NCBI GenBank assembly: GCA_963588055.1 | Contig: CAVAGB010000001.1 | Location: 10,092-74,091 of the forward strand | DNA: 64,000 bases | From: Erysipelotrichaceae bacterium | Lineage (GTDB): Bacteria; Bacillota_I; Bacilli_A; RFN20; CAG-826 | Reading direction: 5' to 3' | Shown here: one piece after another, positions 37,579 to 46,144 of the stretch | Position numbering within the stretch: the stretch's first letter is position 1 | How the letters are laid out: every line of letters starts with the position of its first letter | Position numbers and translations under genes: made by a program | The notes under the pieces: generated by a model | Database searches by the model: none | The model's input: the letters and a program-made list of their open reading frames with translations, nothing else | What the model was told of the DNA's origin: nothing

Positions 37579-37680
37579 ACTTATACCATGTATTTATCCA
37601 AAAACAAAACTATTTATACCGACTTTGATTTATTTATGCATTTATTTATTTTTTTATTCACAACTGACGGATAAATACGT

Positions 37681-38100
37681 CTATTCCGAATACGATTCTT
37701 CCAAAATCCGCTTGAACTCAGGATCCAAGGCATCGCTTTCCTCATTCCACCCGAAAGGCTTGAACTCGCCGGAGAAAACGTTCTCGTAAAGCTCACCGAG
37801 TTCCCCTTCGAACAGGACTTCTGGATCTTCTTTTGAAGGGGAATAGGCAAGAATAGGAAAGAGCCTGAACCCTTTCAAAGAGGAATAGCCGAACTGGTCC
37901 TTCAACCAAGGCAAGGAGGAGAAGAGAGTCTCTTCCTTGCTATATATATTAATAAGGATAAGGGTGAGCCTCTTCGGATCGATGTCCTTTTGGACGAGCT
38001 CGACCTCAAAGCCGTTCTCGCCGAGGATCCTCCCGATTTTGAGGGCGATGTCCCTGTTTTGGTCTTCGTATGCTAATTGCAGGTTCTTTTCCATGGGCAA
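37681..38100 (-). CDS. Hypothetical 139-aa protein (weak TIR/flavodoxin-like impression only)
   Basis: It lies downstream of, and on the same strand as, the DUF4143 ATPase gene (45-nt gap). It has an alternating beta-alpha pattern (LQLAYEDQNRDIALKIGRILGENGFEVEL...LILINIYS). No conserved catalytic motif was recognised. Confidence 0.4.
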   Translation of the reverse strand: MPMEKNLQLAYEDQNRDIALKIGRILGENGFEVELVQKDIDPKRLTLILINIYSKEETLFSSLPWLKDQFGYSSLKGFRLFPILAYSPSKEDPEVLFEGELGELYENVFSGEFKPFGWNEESDALDPEFKRILEESYSE

Positions 38101-38145
38101 ATGGTAGCAAATTTCTTTGGACGAGTGATTTAAATTCGGACCGGT

Positions 38146-39525
38146 TCACAGGCTCGTTAATGCATCCAAAGAAAAGCCTCCGTCTAAAAGCAACGAAAAG
38201 CAATAGTAGGGGACCGTCAGGATCTTTTGCGCTTCATCGTACCCGAATTGGTTCGCGGACACTTTGATGACGACGTCTTTGGGATTGTGGGTTCTGTATT
38301 CCTCAATCGAATTCAAGGAGCCTTTCGTTTTTTTCGCGTCAATCGGGACGATACGTCCTTTCAGATCGAGCAGGAACTCAAGCTCGCTGTCGCGCTTTCC
38401 TTTCCAATAGAAAAGGCCATGGCCATGAGCCGCCAGCTCGATGGAGATGTAATTCTCGTAGAAGATGCCGGACAAGGCGTTTTTCTTGTTAGTCACGAAA
38501 GTCTTCGCGTCGATGCCGCTTTGGAAGGTGAATAGGCCCATATCGGATAGATATAGGCGATACAAGGATCCCTCGCTTTCCACTAGCGGCGAGGTCACGC
38601 GCTCCTTCGAAAGATAGGACTTGTTGACGACGTTGGCCGTCACCAGCCACTCGATGGGGGTGACCACGTCATTCGTCTTGTAGTTCTTGTTGATCTGCGA
38701 GCATTTGAAATTCTTGTTCTCCTTGTTGAGCTGGGAGTAAATGTCACGGTAGATGAGTCTGCTTTTCATGATGGACTCTGGGCTTGCTTGGTAAAGCTCC
38801 ATGTCCGCCAAATAGTCCGTGTATATGTCCTTAATGTTGGCGGATACCTTCTCGTAAGCGGTCGACATATCGTTTTTGTGCTTGATGAAAGTCTTCACCG
38901 CTTCCGGCATGCCTCCGACGAAAAGGTAATCGCTGAAGATCTCCATGAAATCCTTGTGGATCTCATAAGGGATCTCTTTCCGCTTTTCGAGCGCCTCGAC
39001 CAAATAGTCATAAGCCGGCTTCTTGTAGTTCATCAGGAACTCATCGAAGGTCATGGGGTAGACGATCAGCTGATTTATTTTTCCGACCGGGAAGAGGAAC
39101 TCTTTTTCGGCAAACGCCCCTCTTTTACGTGCGCTGCGCTTGATTTTTATACGCACCAGCGACCCGGAGACGATGAGAGGGATATCCCTTCTCTTCTCGC
39201 AGAAGTGCTTCATCATTTGGACGATAGGCAGGCATTCCTGCGCCTCGTCGAAAATCAGAAGGTGGTGGGCGTCGGGGATGAAATCATAATGGATTTTGAT
39301 GTAATCGAGCACCTTCGCCAAATTGGGGTTCTCGAAGGCGAAATTGACGAAATCGGGTTCGTCTGAGCAGTCGATTCTCAAATAGGAGTTCTTATAATAC
39401 TTCTTCGCGAAAAGCTCTTCGATCAAATAGCTTTTGCCTACCTGCCTTGCGCCTAAGACGAGCAACGGCTTGCGATCTTCGTCTTCGTTCCATTTCACGA
39501 GGTCTTCTAGTTGCTTTCTTTCCAT
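38146..39525 (-). CDS. AAA-family ATPase with a DUF4143-type C-terminal domain
   Basis: The ATG at 39525 follows an AGGAG SD. Walker A LVLGARQVGKSYL and Walker B HLLIFDEAQ are present. The overall AAA_14 plus DUF4143 layout spans 460 aa. The 64 extra N-terminal codons of the track ORF are a read-through of the tandem repeats. Confidence 0.75.
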   Translation of the reverse strand: MERKQLEDLVKWNEDEDRKPLLVLGARQVGKSYLIEELFAKKYYKNSYLRIDCSDEPDFVNFAFENPNLAKVLDYIKIHYDFIPDAHHLLIFDEAQECLPIVQMMKHFCEKRRDIPLIVSGSLVRIKIKRSARKRGAFAEKEFLFPVGKINQLIVYPMTFDEFLMNYKKPAYDYLVEALEKRKEIPYEIHKDFMEIFSDYLFVGGMPEAVKTFIKHKNDMSTAYEKVSANIKDIYTDYLADMELYQASPESIMKSRLIYRDIYSQLNKENKNFKCSQINKNYKTNDVVTPIEWLVTANVVNKSYLSKERVTSPLVESEGSLYRLYLSDMGLFTFQSGIDAKTFVTNKKNALSGIFYENYISIELAAHGHGLFYWKGKRDSELEFLLDLKGRIVPIDAKKTKGSLNSIEEYRTHNPKDVVIKVSANQFGYDEAQKILTVPYYCFSLLLDGGFSLDALTSL

Positions 39526-39569
39526 GGGATGTCTCCTCATTCGTCGCGTTATCTTCAGCCATAATTTAT

Positions 39570-39705
39570 CATAATTGGTACCTTTTCGCAAGGATTGGCC
39601 TCTCATAATTGGTACCTTTTTGCGGGGGTAGCGTCTCCATAATTGGTACCTTTTTGCGGTGGTAGCCTCTCCATAATTGGTACCTTTTTGCAAGATTTCG
39701 CCATT
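39570..39705. repeat. Four tandem 34-bp repeats, each with the core CATAATTGGTACCTTTT(T/C)GC
   Basis: Cores start at 39570, 39604, 39638 and 39672, an exact 34-bp period. Units 2 and 3 are nearly identical throughout. Each contains the palindrome GGTACC. A partial CCATAATTT copy lies at 39559-39567. The array starts about 45 nt upstream of the ATPase start codon. Confidence 0.85.
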
Positions 39706-39928
39706 CTTTTTGCACAAAAATGATGCCCATAAATTAGAAATTTATCGGTGTGGCGCGCGGTTTTTGCGTTCATAAGAATTGGGTGGCCGATGTTTTTCGA
39801 TTCGTCAAGTTTTTAGAAATGGGCCAGTTTTTGAGAGCCAATGGCCACGCAGAAAGGTCCGGATTCCTTATTAAAAGCGTGGAAATGAGGCTTTTTAGGA
39901 AATTTGTTAAAAAGTATTAACTTCTCTA

Positions 39929-39956
39929 TTGACACGCTTGTTAATCTAACTAAACT
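39929..39956 (+). promoter_or_regulatory. Putative sigma-70 promoter of the feo operon
   Basis: TTGACA (39929-34), a 16-nt spacer, then TAAACT (39951-56), about 30 nt upstream of feoA. Confidence 0.45.
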
Positions 39957-39987
39957 TAAGCCCGGTTAATAACCAAGGACCATTGCC

Positions 39988-40206
39988 ATGCCATTGCTGT
40001 TCGCTCCAAAAGATCAAGACCTGAGGATCCTCTCCGTCCACGGGGAGGCGAAGGTGAATAAGCACCTCGCCTCTTTGGGGATAGTGGAAGGGGGCACAAT
40101 CAGGCTTTTGGACGATGCCAACGGCGCCGCCATCGTCTCCGTGAAGGGCTCCCGTCTGGGGCTCGACCACAAAGTCTCGATGTCGATCATGGTGGCGGTG
40201 GCCTAA
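39988..40206 (+). CDS. feoA: FeoA-family protein (copy 1)
   Basis: 72 aa with an SH3-like FeoA pattern (LASLGIVEGGTIRLL...GAAIVSVKGSRLGLDHKVSMSIMV). Confidence 0.75.
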   Translation: MPLLFAPKDQDLRILSVHGEAKVNKHLASLGIVEGGTIRLLDDANGAAIVSVKGSRLGLDHKVSMSIMVAVA

Positions 40207-40222
40207 GGAAAGGATAAGCGAT

Positions 40223-40459
40223 ATGACTCTCAATGAATTGCCCGTCGGCTCCTCTTGCCTCGTCAAGAAGATCACCGGGGAAGGCAAGATCCGCAGGCGC
40301 ATCTTCGACATGGGCATCACCCCTGGCGCCGAGATCTACCTCCGCAAAAAGGCCCCGCTAGGCGACCCGCTGGAGGTGACTTTGCGCGGCTATGAGCTCA
40401 CCCTGCGTCAAAGCGAAGCGAGCTTCGTCGAAGTCGAAGAGGAAGGAGATGCCAAATGA
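40223..40459 (+). CDS. feoA: FeoA-family protein (copy 2)
   Basis: LNELPVGSSCLVKKI...RRRIFDMGITPGAEIYLRKKAPLGDPLEVTLRGYELTLR is canonical FeoA. It overlaps feoB by 4 nt. Confidence 0.8.
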   Translation: MTLNELPVGSSCLVKKITGEGKIRRRIFDMGITPGAEIYLRKKAPLGDPLEVTLRGYELTLRQSEASFVEVEEEGDAK

Positions 40460-42759
40460 TCCGCGTAGCGTTAGCAGGCAACCCCAACTGCGGGAAGACC
40501 ACCCTTTTCAACTCCCTCACCGGCTCCACGGCCTACGTCGGCAACTGGCCCGGCGTCACCGTCGAGAAGCGCAGCGGCACCTTCTATTTCAAAGGGAAGA
40601 AAAAGAAGGAGGATGGGATCGAGGTCATCGACCTCCCCGGCATCTACAGCCTTTCCCCATACACCCCTGAAGAAGTGATCTCCAGGAACTACATCCTGAA
40701 CGAGAAGCCCGACGTCGTCATCAACGTCCTAGACGGCACTAACCTTGAGCGCAACCTCTACATGACCACCCAGATCATGGAGATGGACGTCCCCGTGATC
40801 GTCGCCGTCAACATGATGGACGCGGTCAAAGACGCTGGCCAGGTCATCGACGTCGATGGGCTCTCCAAAGCCCTTGGCATCCCGGTCGTAGGCATCTCCG
40901 CCCTTCGCGAGAAAGGCCTTGAAGATCTCATGAAGGAGGCTGAAAAAGCCGCAAAATCCCCCCGAAAAGGCACTTCCTGCCTCAAAGGGGACGAAATCTC
41001 CGCAAAAGCCGTCTCGATTTATGAGGAAGCAGGCGTCTCCTCGCCTCTCTTCCACGCTACCAAAGCCCTTGAGAAGGACGAGATCGAAGCGAAAGAGCAC
41101 CCCGAGGAATACAAGAAGATCGCCTCTCTTACCGTAAGCAGTGAGAAAGACTACGAGGCCGAGATCGCCGATGAGCGCTACCAATACCTCACCCCGATCT
41201 GCCATAAGCTCGTCAGCGGCGCCGCCAGGCAAGAGAAGGAGAAGCTCTCCCTCTCTGACAAGATCGACAAGGTCCTGACCAACCGCTGGGCCGCCATCCC
41301 CATCATGATCGCGGTTCTATTCCTCATCTTCCACTTCACCTTCGCAAGCGACCTCTTCTACCTCAGCGCGATGGGCGTGAACTTCGGGGAAGGCTACCCC
41401 GGCTTCATCACCCTCACTGTGGACGGGGAGGAATTCAAGCCATTCGCCGGGCTCTTCTGGACGGATGGGGGCATCAACTCGATCGGCGAGTTCCTCCATT
41501 GCCTCGCCGGCGATTCCGAGACCGGCATCCTCGGCTGCATTGGCCTTGGCATCAAGCAGCTGCTCATCGTCTGGAACGCCCCTGAATGGGTCATCGGATT
41601 CATCTACGAAGGGGTATACGGAGGCATCAGCGCCGTCCTCGGCTTCGTGCCTCAGATCCTCCTCCTCTTCGCCTTCTTCTCGATCCTCGAGGATTCGGGT
41701 TACATGGCGCGCATCGCCTTCGTGCTCGACCGCATCTTCCGCCGCTTCGGGATCTCCGGGCGCGCCATGCTCCCGATGATCATGGGCTTCGGCTGCGGCG
41801 TCCCCGCGATGATCAACACCCGCACCCTCTCCACCGACAAGGAAAGGGTCAAGACCATCAGGGTCATCCCCTTCTTCACCTGCGGGGCTAAAGCCGAGTT
41901 CCTCGTCCTCATCGCCGCCTGCGTCGCCAGCGCAGCCCATTTCGACAAGGGAGTCTTCACCTTCCTCATCTATCTATTAGGCATCGTCGTGGCCTTCGTC
42001 TCGGTCATCATCATGAACCACACGACCCAGAGGGAGAAAGTGCCTCCCTTCATCATGGAGCTCCCCGCTTACCACGCCCCTCAGATCAAATCGCTTCTGA
42101 TCCACGTCTGGGACAAAGGCAAGCACTTCATCAAGAAGGCTTTCACGATCATCCTCGTCTCAACGATCCTCGTCTGGTTCTTCACGAACTTCACCTGGGA
42201 CTGGAAATTCATCCCGACCGCGGATGAATCGCTTGGACTCACCGTCGAGAATTCCATCCTCGCGAACCTCGGCATGCTGATCGCCCCGATCTTCACCCCG
42301 ATGGGCTTCGGCAGCCAAATCCAATACAGTTGGATGTTCTCCGTCGCCTCGATCCAGGGCATCGTCGCCAAGGAAGCCGTCACCTCCTCCATGGAGACGA
42401 TGGCTAGCGTCATCCCCGGGGCGAGCTCCTTTGAGGATGTGGTCGCGGTGGTCTTCGCCAACAAGAGCGAGCTTGAGACCGCGGCCGCGCTGAGCGCCTT
42501 CGCCGCCTTCAACATGACCACCATCCCTTGCTTCGCCTCCGTGGCGACCGCCAAAGCGGAGCTAGGCAAAGGCAAGAACTACGTCGGGACCGTTCTCTTC
42601 TGGCTCGTCGCCTCCTACATCGTCGGCTGCCTCACCTACGTGACCGTCCGCTGGTGCTGGACCCTCGCAATCACCCTCCCCGTCCTCGCCTTGCTCTTCG
42701 TGGGCATCTACTTCTACGACAAGAAGAAGCCGATTCAGGAGGAGGCCCCTCAGGCCTGA
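40456..42759 (+). CDS. feoB: Ferrous iron transporter B
   Basis: The N-terminal G-domain has GNPNCGKTTLFN, DLPGIYSL and NMMD, followed by a large polytopic membrane domain. It is 767 aa. Confidence 0.9.
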   Translation: MIRVALAGNPNCGKTTLFNSLTGSTAYVGNWPGVTVEKRSGTFYFKGKKKKEDGIEVIDLPGIYSLSPYTPEEVISRNYILNEKPDVVINVLDGTNLERNLYMTTQIMEMDVPVIVAVNMMDAVKDAGQVIDVDGLSKALGIPVVGISALREKGLEDLMKEAEKAAKSPRKGTSCLKGDEISAKAVSIYEEAGVSSPLFHATKALEKDEIEAKEHPEEYKKIASLTVSSEKDYEAEIADERYQYLTPICHKLVSGAARQEKEKLSLSDKIDKVLTNRWAAIPIMIAVLFLIFHFTFASDLFYLSAMGVNFGEGYPGFITLTVDGEEFKPFAGLFWTDGGINSIGEFLHCLAGDSETGILGCIGLGIKQLLIVWNAPEWVIGFIYEGVYGGISAVLGFVPQILLLFAFFSILEDSGYMARIAFVLDRIFRRFGISGRAMLPMIMGFGCGVPAMINTRTLSTDKERVKTIRVIPFFTCGAKAEFLVLIAACVASAAHFDKGVFTFLIYLLGIVVAFVSVIIMNHTTQREKVPPFIMELPAYHAPQIKSLLIHVWDKGKHFIKKAFTIILVSTILVWFFTNFTWDWKFIPTADESLGLTVENSILANLGMLIAPIFTPMGFGSQIQYSWMFSVASIQGIVAKEAVTSSMETMASVIPGASSFEDVVAVVFANKSELETAAALSAFAAFNMTTIPCFASVATAKAELGKGKNYVGTVLFWLVASYIVGCLTYVTVRWCWTLAITLPVLALLFVGIYFYDKKKPIQEEAPQA

Positions 42760-42764
42760 TCTCC

Positions 42765-42968
42765 ATGAGTTGGATAGAGATCGTCGTGATCGCCCTCACC
42801 GCCACCTACCTCCTCTCCATGCTCGCCCTCTATATCTACAAGAGGGTCCATCACGAGGCGGTGAACGCCTGCTACGACGCCAAAGGGCCGCGCCTTGTCG
42901 AGGAATACCACAAGGCCAAGCGCAAAGAAGAGCGGATGCAGAGGAAAGGTGCGAAGAACGCGGAGTGA
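42765..42968 (+). CDS. Small single-TM protein downstream of feoB
   Basis: 67 aa. One TM helix (WIEIVVIALTATYLLSMLALYIY) is followed by a basic tail. It starts 6 nt after the feoB stop. It sits where FeoB-associated small proteins usually lie but has only one Cys. Confidence 0.4.
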   Translation: MSWIEIVVIALTATYLLSMLALYIYKRVHHEAVNACYDAKGPRLVEEYHKAKRKEERMQRKGAKNAE

Positions 42969-43073
42969 TCCCAACTTAGATTGAATCGGCCAGCCGCCGT
43001 TTCATAAATCTCCAAAAACCAGGAGGACCCCTTCTTAGCCAGGAGGGGTTTTCTTGTTATACAATAGCCGCGC

Positions 43074-43150
43074 GTCCTGGTAGCTCAACTGGATAGAGCA
43101 ATGGCCTTCGAAGCCATCGGTTGCGGGTCCGAGTCCCTCCCAGGGCGCCA
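43074..43150 (+). tRNA. tRNA-Arg (TCG), with a non-canonical T loop
   Basis: Acceptor GTCCTGG/CCAGGGC; anticodon arm ATGGC-CTTCGAA-GCCAT; encoded GCCA end. The T loop reads TCCGAGT, with C at the normally invariant U55, and the T stem has a C:U mismatch. Confidence 0.75.
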
Positions 43151-43161
43151 CAAGATGCCTC

Positions 43162-43183
43162 GGCCGGGTTTTCCCGGCCTTTT
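43162..43183 (+). terminator. Rho-independent terminator after tRNA-Arg
   Basis: GGCCGGG-TTTT-CCCGGCC followed by TTTT. Confidence 0.8.
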
Positions 43184-43239
43184 CGCTTGACTTGAAGTGG
43201 GCTTCAAGCGCTAATGTTTGCCCATACGGAGGGAAAACC

Positions 43240-43914
43240 ATGGATAAACCTTACATCGTCTGCTTCATGATCATGTCTTTGGACGGGAGGATCGATTGCC
43301 CGATGACGGAGCATCTTAAGGGGAGCGATGACTATTACCCGGTCCTGGAATCGCTTAAGGCGGACGCGCGGATATCGGGAAGGGTGACGGCGGAGCTAGA
43401 GATGGCAAAGAAAGGCAAATTCGCCCCGGAAAGCAGTGCTGCTATAGGCAAGCCCTCCTTCAAGAAGAACGTGGAAGCGCCTAGCTACGACGTCATCTGC
43501 GACACCAAAGGGACCTTGCTTTGGGATAAGCCCGAGGAGCCTTTGCTCATCATCACCTCAGAGGATGCCTCCGTTGAGTATCTTCAATATCTGGATTCCC
43601 TTGGCATCTCCTGGATCGCCTGCGGGAAGGGGAGGATCGACCTCGCCATGGCGATGGAGGTCCTCAAAAGGGAATTCGACGTCGGCAAAGCCGCGGTCTT
43701 AGGCGGAGGGACCATCAACGGAGCCTTCCTCAAAGAGGGCCTGCTCGATGAGATCGTCATGATCGTCGGGGCGGGGATAGACGGAAGGAAAAGCCAAGTC
43801 AGCGTCTTCGACGGCCTGCAGGACGATTTCCCTTTGGCCCAGCTTCGATTGAAGGAAGCCAAAACCCTCCCAAGCGAAGGCGTTTTGCTGAGCTACGAAG
43901 TCGTCCATTCCTAA
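43240..43914 (+). CDS. RibD C-terminal domain / dihydrofolate-reductase-like family protein
   Basis: The ATG at 43240 follows a GGAGGG SD. MSLDGRI...GGGTINGAFLKEGLLDEIVMIVGAGIDG is the RibD_C/DHFR-like fold pattern. Confidence 0.6.
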   Translation: MDKPYIVCFMIMSLDGRIDCPMTEHLKGSDDYYPVLESLKADARISGRVTAELEMAKKGKFAPESSAAIGKPSFKKNVEAPSYDVICDTKGTLLWDKPEEPLLIITSEDASVEYLQYLDSLGISWIACGKGRIDLAMAMEVLKREFDVGKAAVLGGGTINGAFLKEGLLDEIVMIVGAGIDGRKSQVSVFDGLQDDFPLAQLRLKEAKTLPSEGVLLSYEVVHS

Positions 43915-43975
43915 GCGCCCGTCTTGCTTTTCCTCCCTTTTGAGGGGATGCTATAGCCAGAAAGAAGGAAAGGGC

Positions 43976-44431
43976 ATGAAGAAAGCGAAGATCATCCTAC
44001 CGCTCACCTGCGCCTTGCTTTTGTTCGGCTGCGACTCTTCCTCATCCTCTTCCTCCTCTTGCTCGGATTGGCGCGAATGCGTCTGCAAAGATAGCGTTGG
44101 CTCCATCAGCCTCTACATGGCTGGCCAAGACCCCGGTGAGTCCTCTTCCGGAGAGAAAGCGACCGCCACGATGAGCGTGGGCGAAGAGAAGACGGCCTAC
44201 GTATCCCTCGTCTGCATCTGGGACGCCTATGTCAAATATTCCTTCAGCGACCCCAGCGTCGCCAAAATCGAGGTCGACCACGTGAACACCTCCGGCGGTT
44301 CGGTTATTCTCGTCAACTGCCAGGTGACCGCCCTTAAGGAAGGCACAACCACCATAAAAGCCTCTTATGGGGAGGTCAGCTCCGAGCTTGAGCTCACCGT
44401 CCTCGCCCCTTCCTCCAGCCAAAGCGCTTGA
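43976..44431 (+). CDS. Lipoprotein with a poly-Ser linker and a bacterial Ig-like (Big_2-like) domain
   Basis: MKKAKIILPLTCALLLFGC lipobox, then an S8 tract. The C-terminal VTALKEGTTTIKASYGEVSSELELTV resembles Big_2. Confidence 0.55.
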   Translation: MKKAKIILPLTCALLLFGCDSSSSSSSSCSDWRECVCKDSVGSISLYMAGQDPGESSSGEKATATMSVGEEKTAYVSLVCIWDAYVKYSFSDPSVAKIEVDHVNTSGGSVILVNCQVTALKEGTTTIKASYGEVSSELELTVLAPSSSQSA

Positions 44432-44553
44432 AGAGGCGGCCTATGCAAATAGAGAACGTTCCGATGGATTTTCGCTTTTCTTTTGAAACGGAAGGCAAAG
44501 AAGGCGCGATGGTGCTATCTTAATCGCGCATCATCTAGCGAAGGAGGATACCC

Positions 44554-45933
44554 ATGAGCTATTTGAAGGACGATTTCCTGCTTGGAAGCGAGACGGCGAA
44601 GAAGCTTTATTTCGGCTACGCCGCGAAGATGCCCATCTTCGACTACCATTGCCACCTCTCCGAGAAAGAGATCCTCGAGGACAAGGAATTCGAGGACGTC
44701 TATGACGTTTGGCTGGGCGGAGACCATTACAAATGGAGGCTCATGAGGAACTGCGGCGTCGATGAGAGCCTCATCACCGGGGACAAGCCGAAGAAAGAGA
44801 AGTTCAAGGCATATTGCAAAGCCCTGGGGACCGCGTTTGGGAATCCGCTTTACCATTGGTCGCAGGTGGAACTGAAGGAATTCTTTCATTGCGAGCTTGA
44901 GATCAACGACAAGAACGCCGAGGCGATATACGAGCAGTGCAACGCCTACATCAAGGCGCATCATCTCTCCCCGGTCTCGCTCATCAGCCAATCCAACGTC
45001 AAAGCCATCTTCACGACCAATGAGATCTTCGATGACCTTGAGGTGTTCTCTCTGATCAAGAAGAAAGGTTACCCCTTCCTTGTCGCGCCCGCTTTCCGAG
45101 CGGATAAGATCATGAACATCGAGGCGCCCAAATACCTCGATTTCCTTGCAAAACTCGGCTCGATTCTCACTTTGGACGACCTTGAGAAGGCGATTGAGGG
45201 CCGCTTGGACGCTTTCATAGAAGCGGGCTGCGTTGCTTCCGACATCTCCCTTGAGCGTGTCTATCCCATCGCAAGCAAAGAAAGTGCAGCAAAGGTCTTC
45301 GCCAAAAGGAAAAAGGGGGAAACTTTGGAAGAAAGCGATATTGAATGCTTCAAGGGCTACCTCACTTATTTCCTGCTTGGCCTATACGGGGAAAGGGGCA
45401 TCCGCAGCGAGCTACATCTAGGGGCGATGAGGAACAACAACTCCCTGATGTTCGCTAAGCTCGGGCCTGATACTGGCTTCGACACGATCGGGGAAAGCGA
45501 CAGCACGAAGAACCTCTCCCGCTTGATGGACAGACTCAATAGCGAGGGCCATCTGCCTCCGATGATCCTCTTCAACCTGAACCCCAAAATGAACCTCGAG
45601 CTGATCGGGTTGATGGGCTGCTTCCAAGACTCTTCGCTCAAAGGCAAGATCCAATACGGGCCGGCTTGGTGGTTCCTCGACAACAAGCCCAATATGGAGA
45701 AGCACCTAAGCGACCTCGCCTCAAACGGCCACCTCGCCTCGTTCGTGGGGATGCTCACGGATTCGCGCAGTTTCCTCTCTTATCCGCGCCACCATTATTT
45801 CAGGCGCATCCTCTGCGATTACCTAGGAAGCCTCATCGAGAGAGGGGAGATGACCTCCGATCTTGAGCTCGTCGGCAAAGTGGTGGAGGACATCTCCTAC
45901 AACAACGCGATCGCTTATTTCGGGCTCAAATGA
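44554..45933 (+). CDS. uxaC: Glucuronate isomerase
   Basis: The N-terminus FLLGSETAKKLYFGYAAKMPIFDYHCHL...GDHYKWRLMR and the overall 459-aa length are characteristic of UxaC. Confidence 0.9.
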   Translation: MSYLKDDFLLGSETAKKLYFGYAAKMPIFDYHCHLSEKEILEDKEFEDVYDVWLGGDHYKWRLMRNCGVDESLITGDKPKKEKFKAYCKALGTAFGNPLYHWSQVELKEFFHCELEINDKNAEAIYEQCNAYIKAHHLSPVSLISQSNVKAIFTTNEIFDDLEVFSLIKKKGYPFLVAPAFRADKIMNIEAPKYLDFLAKLGSILTLDDLEKAIEGRLDAFIEAGCVASDISLERVYPIASKESAAKVFAKRKKGETLEESDIECFKGYLTYFLLGLYGERGIRSELHLGAMRNNNSLMFAKLGPDTGFDTIGESDSTKNLSRLMDRLNSEGHLPPMILFNLNPKMNLELIGLMGCFQDSSLKGKIQYGPAWWFLDNKPNMEKHLSDLASNGHLASFVGMLTDSRSFLSYPRHHYFRRILCDYLGSLIERGEMTSDLELVGKVVEDISYNNAIAYFGLK

Positions 45934-45946
45934 GCCGAACCTAAAC

Positions 45947-45978
45947 CCCATTCTGGAAGCCTTCGGAATGGGCTTTTT
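45947..45978 (+). terminator. Terminator after uxaC
   Basis: CCCATTC ... GAATGGG stem with a 12-nt loop, followed by CTTTTT. The T-tract merges into repeat copy A. Confidence 0.55.
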
Positions 45979-46098
45979 AGTTGCACGAAACGCGATTTTC
46001 AAAGCTGAATAATAAAGAAAATGCGATGGCACCGAAAGTTTTTTAGTTAACACTTAGTTAACACTTAGTTGCAGATTTAGTTAACACTTGGTTGCAAA
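45976..46098 (+). repeat. 123-bp direct repeat, copy A (upstream of the AlbA_2 gene)
   Basis: TTTAGTTGCACGAAACGCG...TTAGTTAACACTTGGTTGCAAA. It aligns without gaps to 47609..47731, with 15 mismatches by hand alignment. It contains internal TAGTTAACACTT(A/G)G sub-repeats. Confidence 0.9.
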
Positions 46099-46144
46099 TG
46101 ACTATATTTTGCTTTATTATTTTAGCGATAGAGGAGTTGGATTT

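Noticed and set aside
39570-39705. CRISPR array interpretation of the 34-bp tandem repeats.
   Set aside because: The units are contiguous: a 20-bp conserved core with a 14-bp semi-conserved remainder, and no unique spacers of 25-40 bp. There are only four copies and no cas genes in the window.
39526-39717. N-terminal extensions of track ORFs: 38146..39717 beyond 39525, 1710..1934, 35216..35614, 53591..53794, 26914..27156, 27020..27073 and 43192..43239.
   Set aside because: The internal ATG codons have proper SD sequences or ATGA coupling, and the family-typical N-termini begin there. The extensions overlap neighbouring genes or repeats and have noise-like composition.
39900-39987. Fur box upstream of feoA.
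   Set aside because: The repeated GTTAAT motifs do not approximate the 19-bp GATAATGATAATCATTATC-type palindrome. No convincing dyad was seen.
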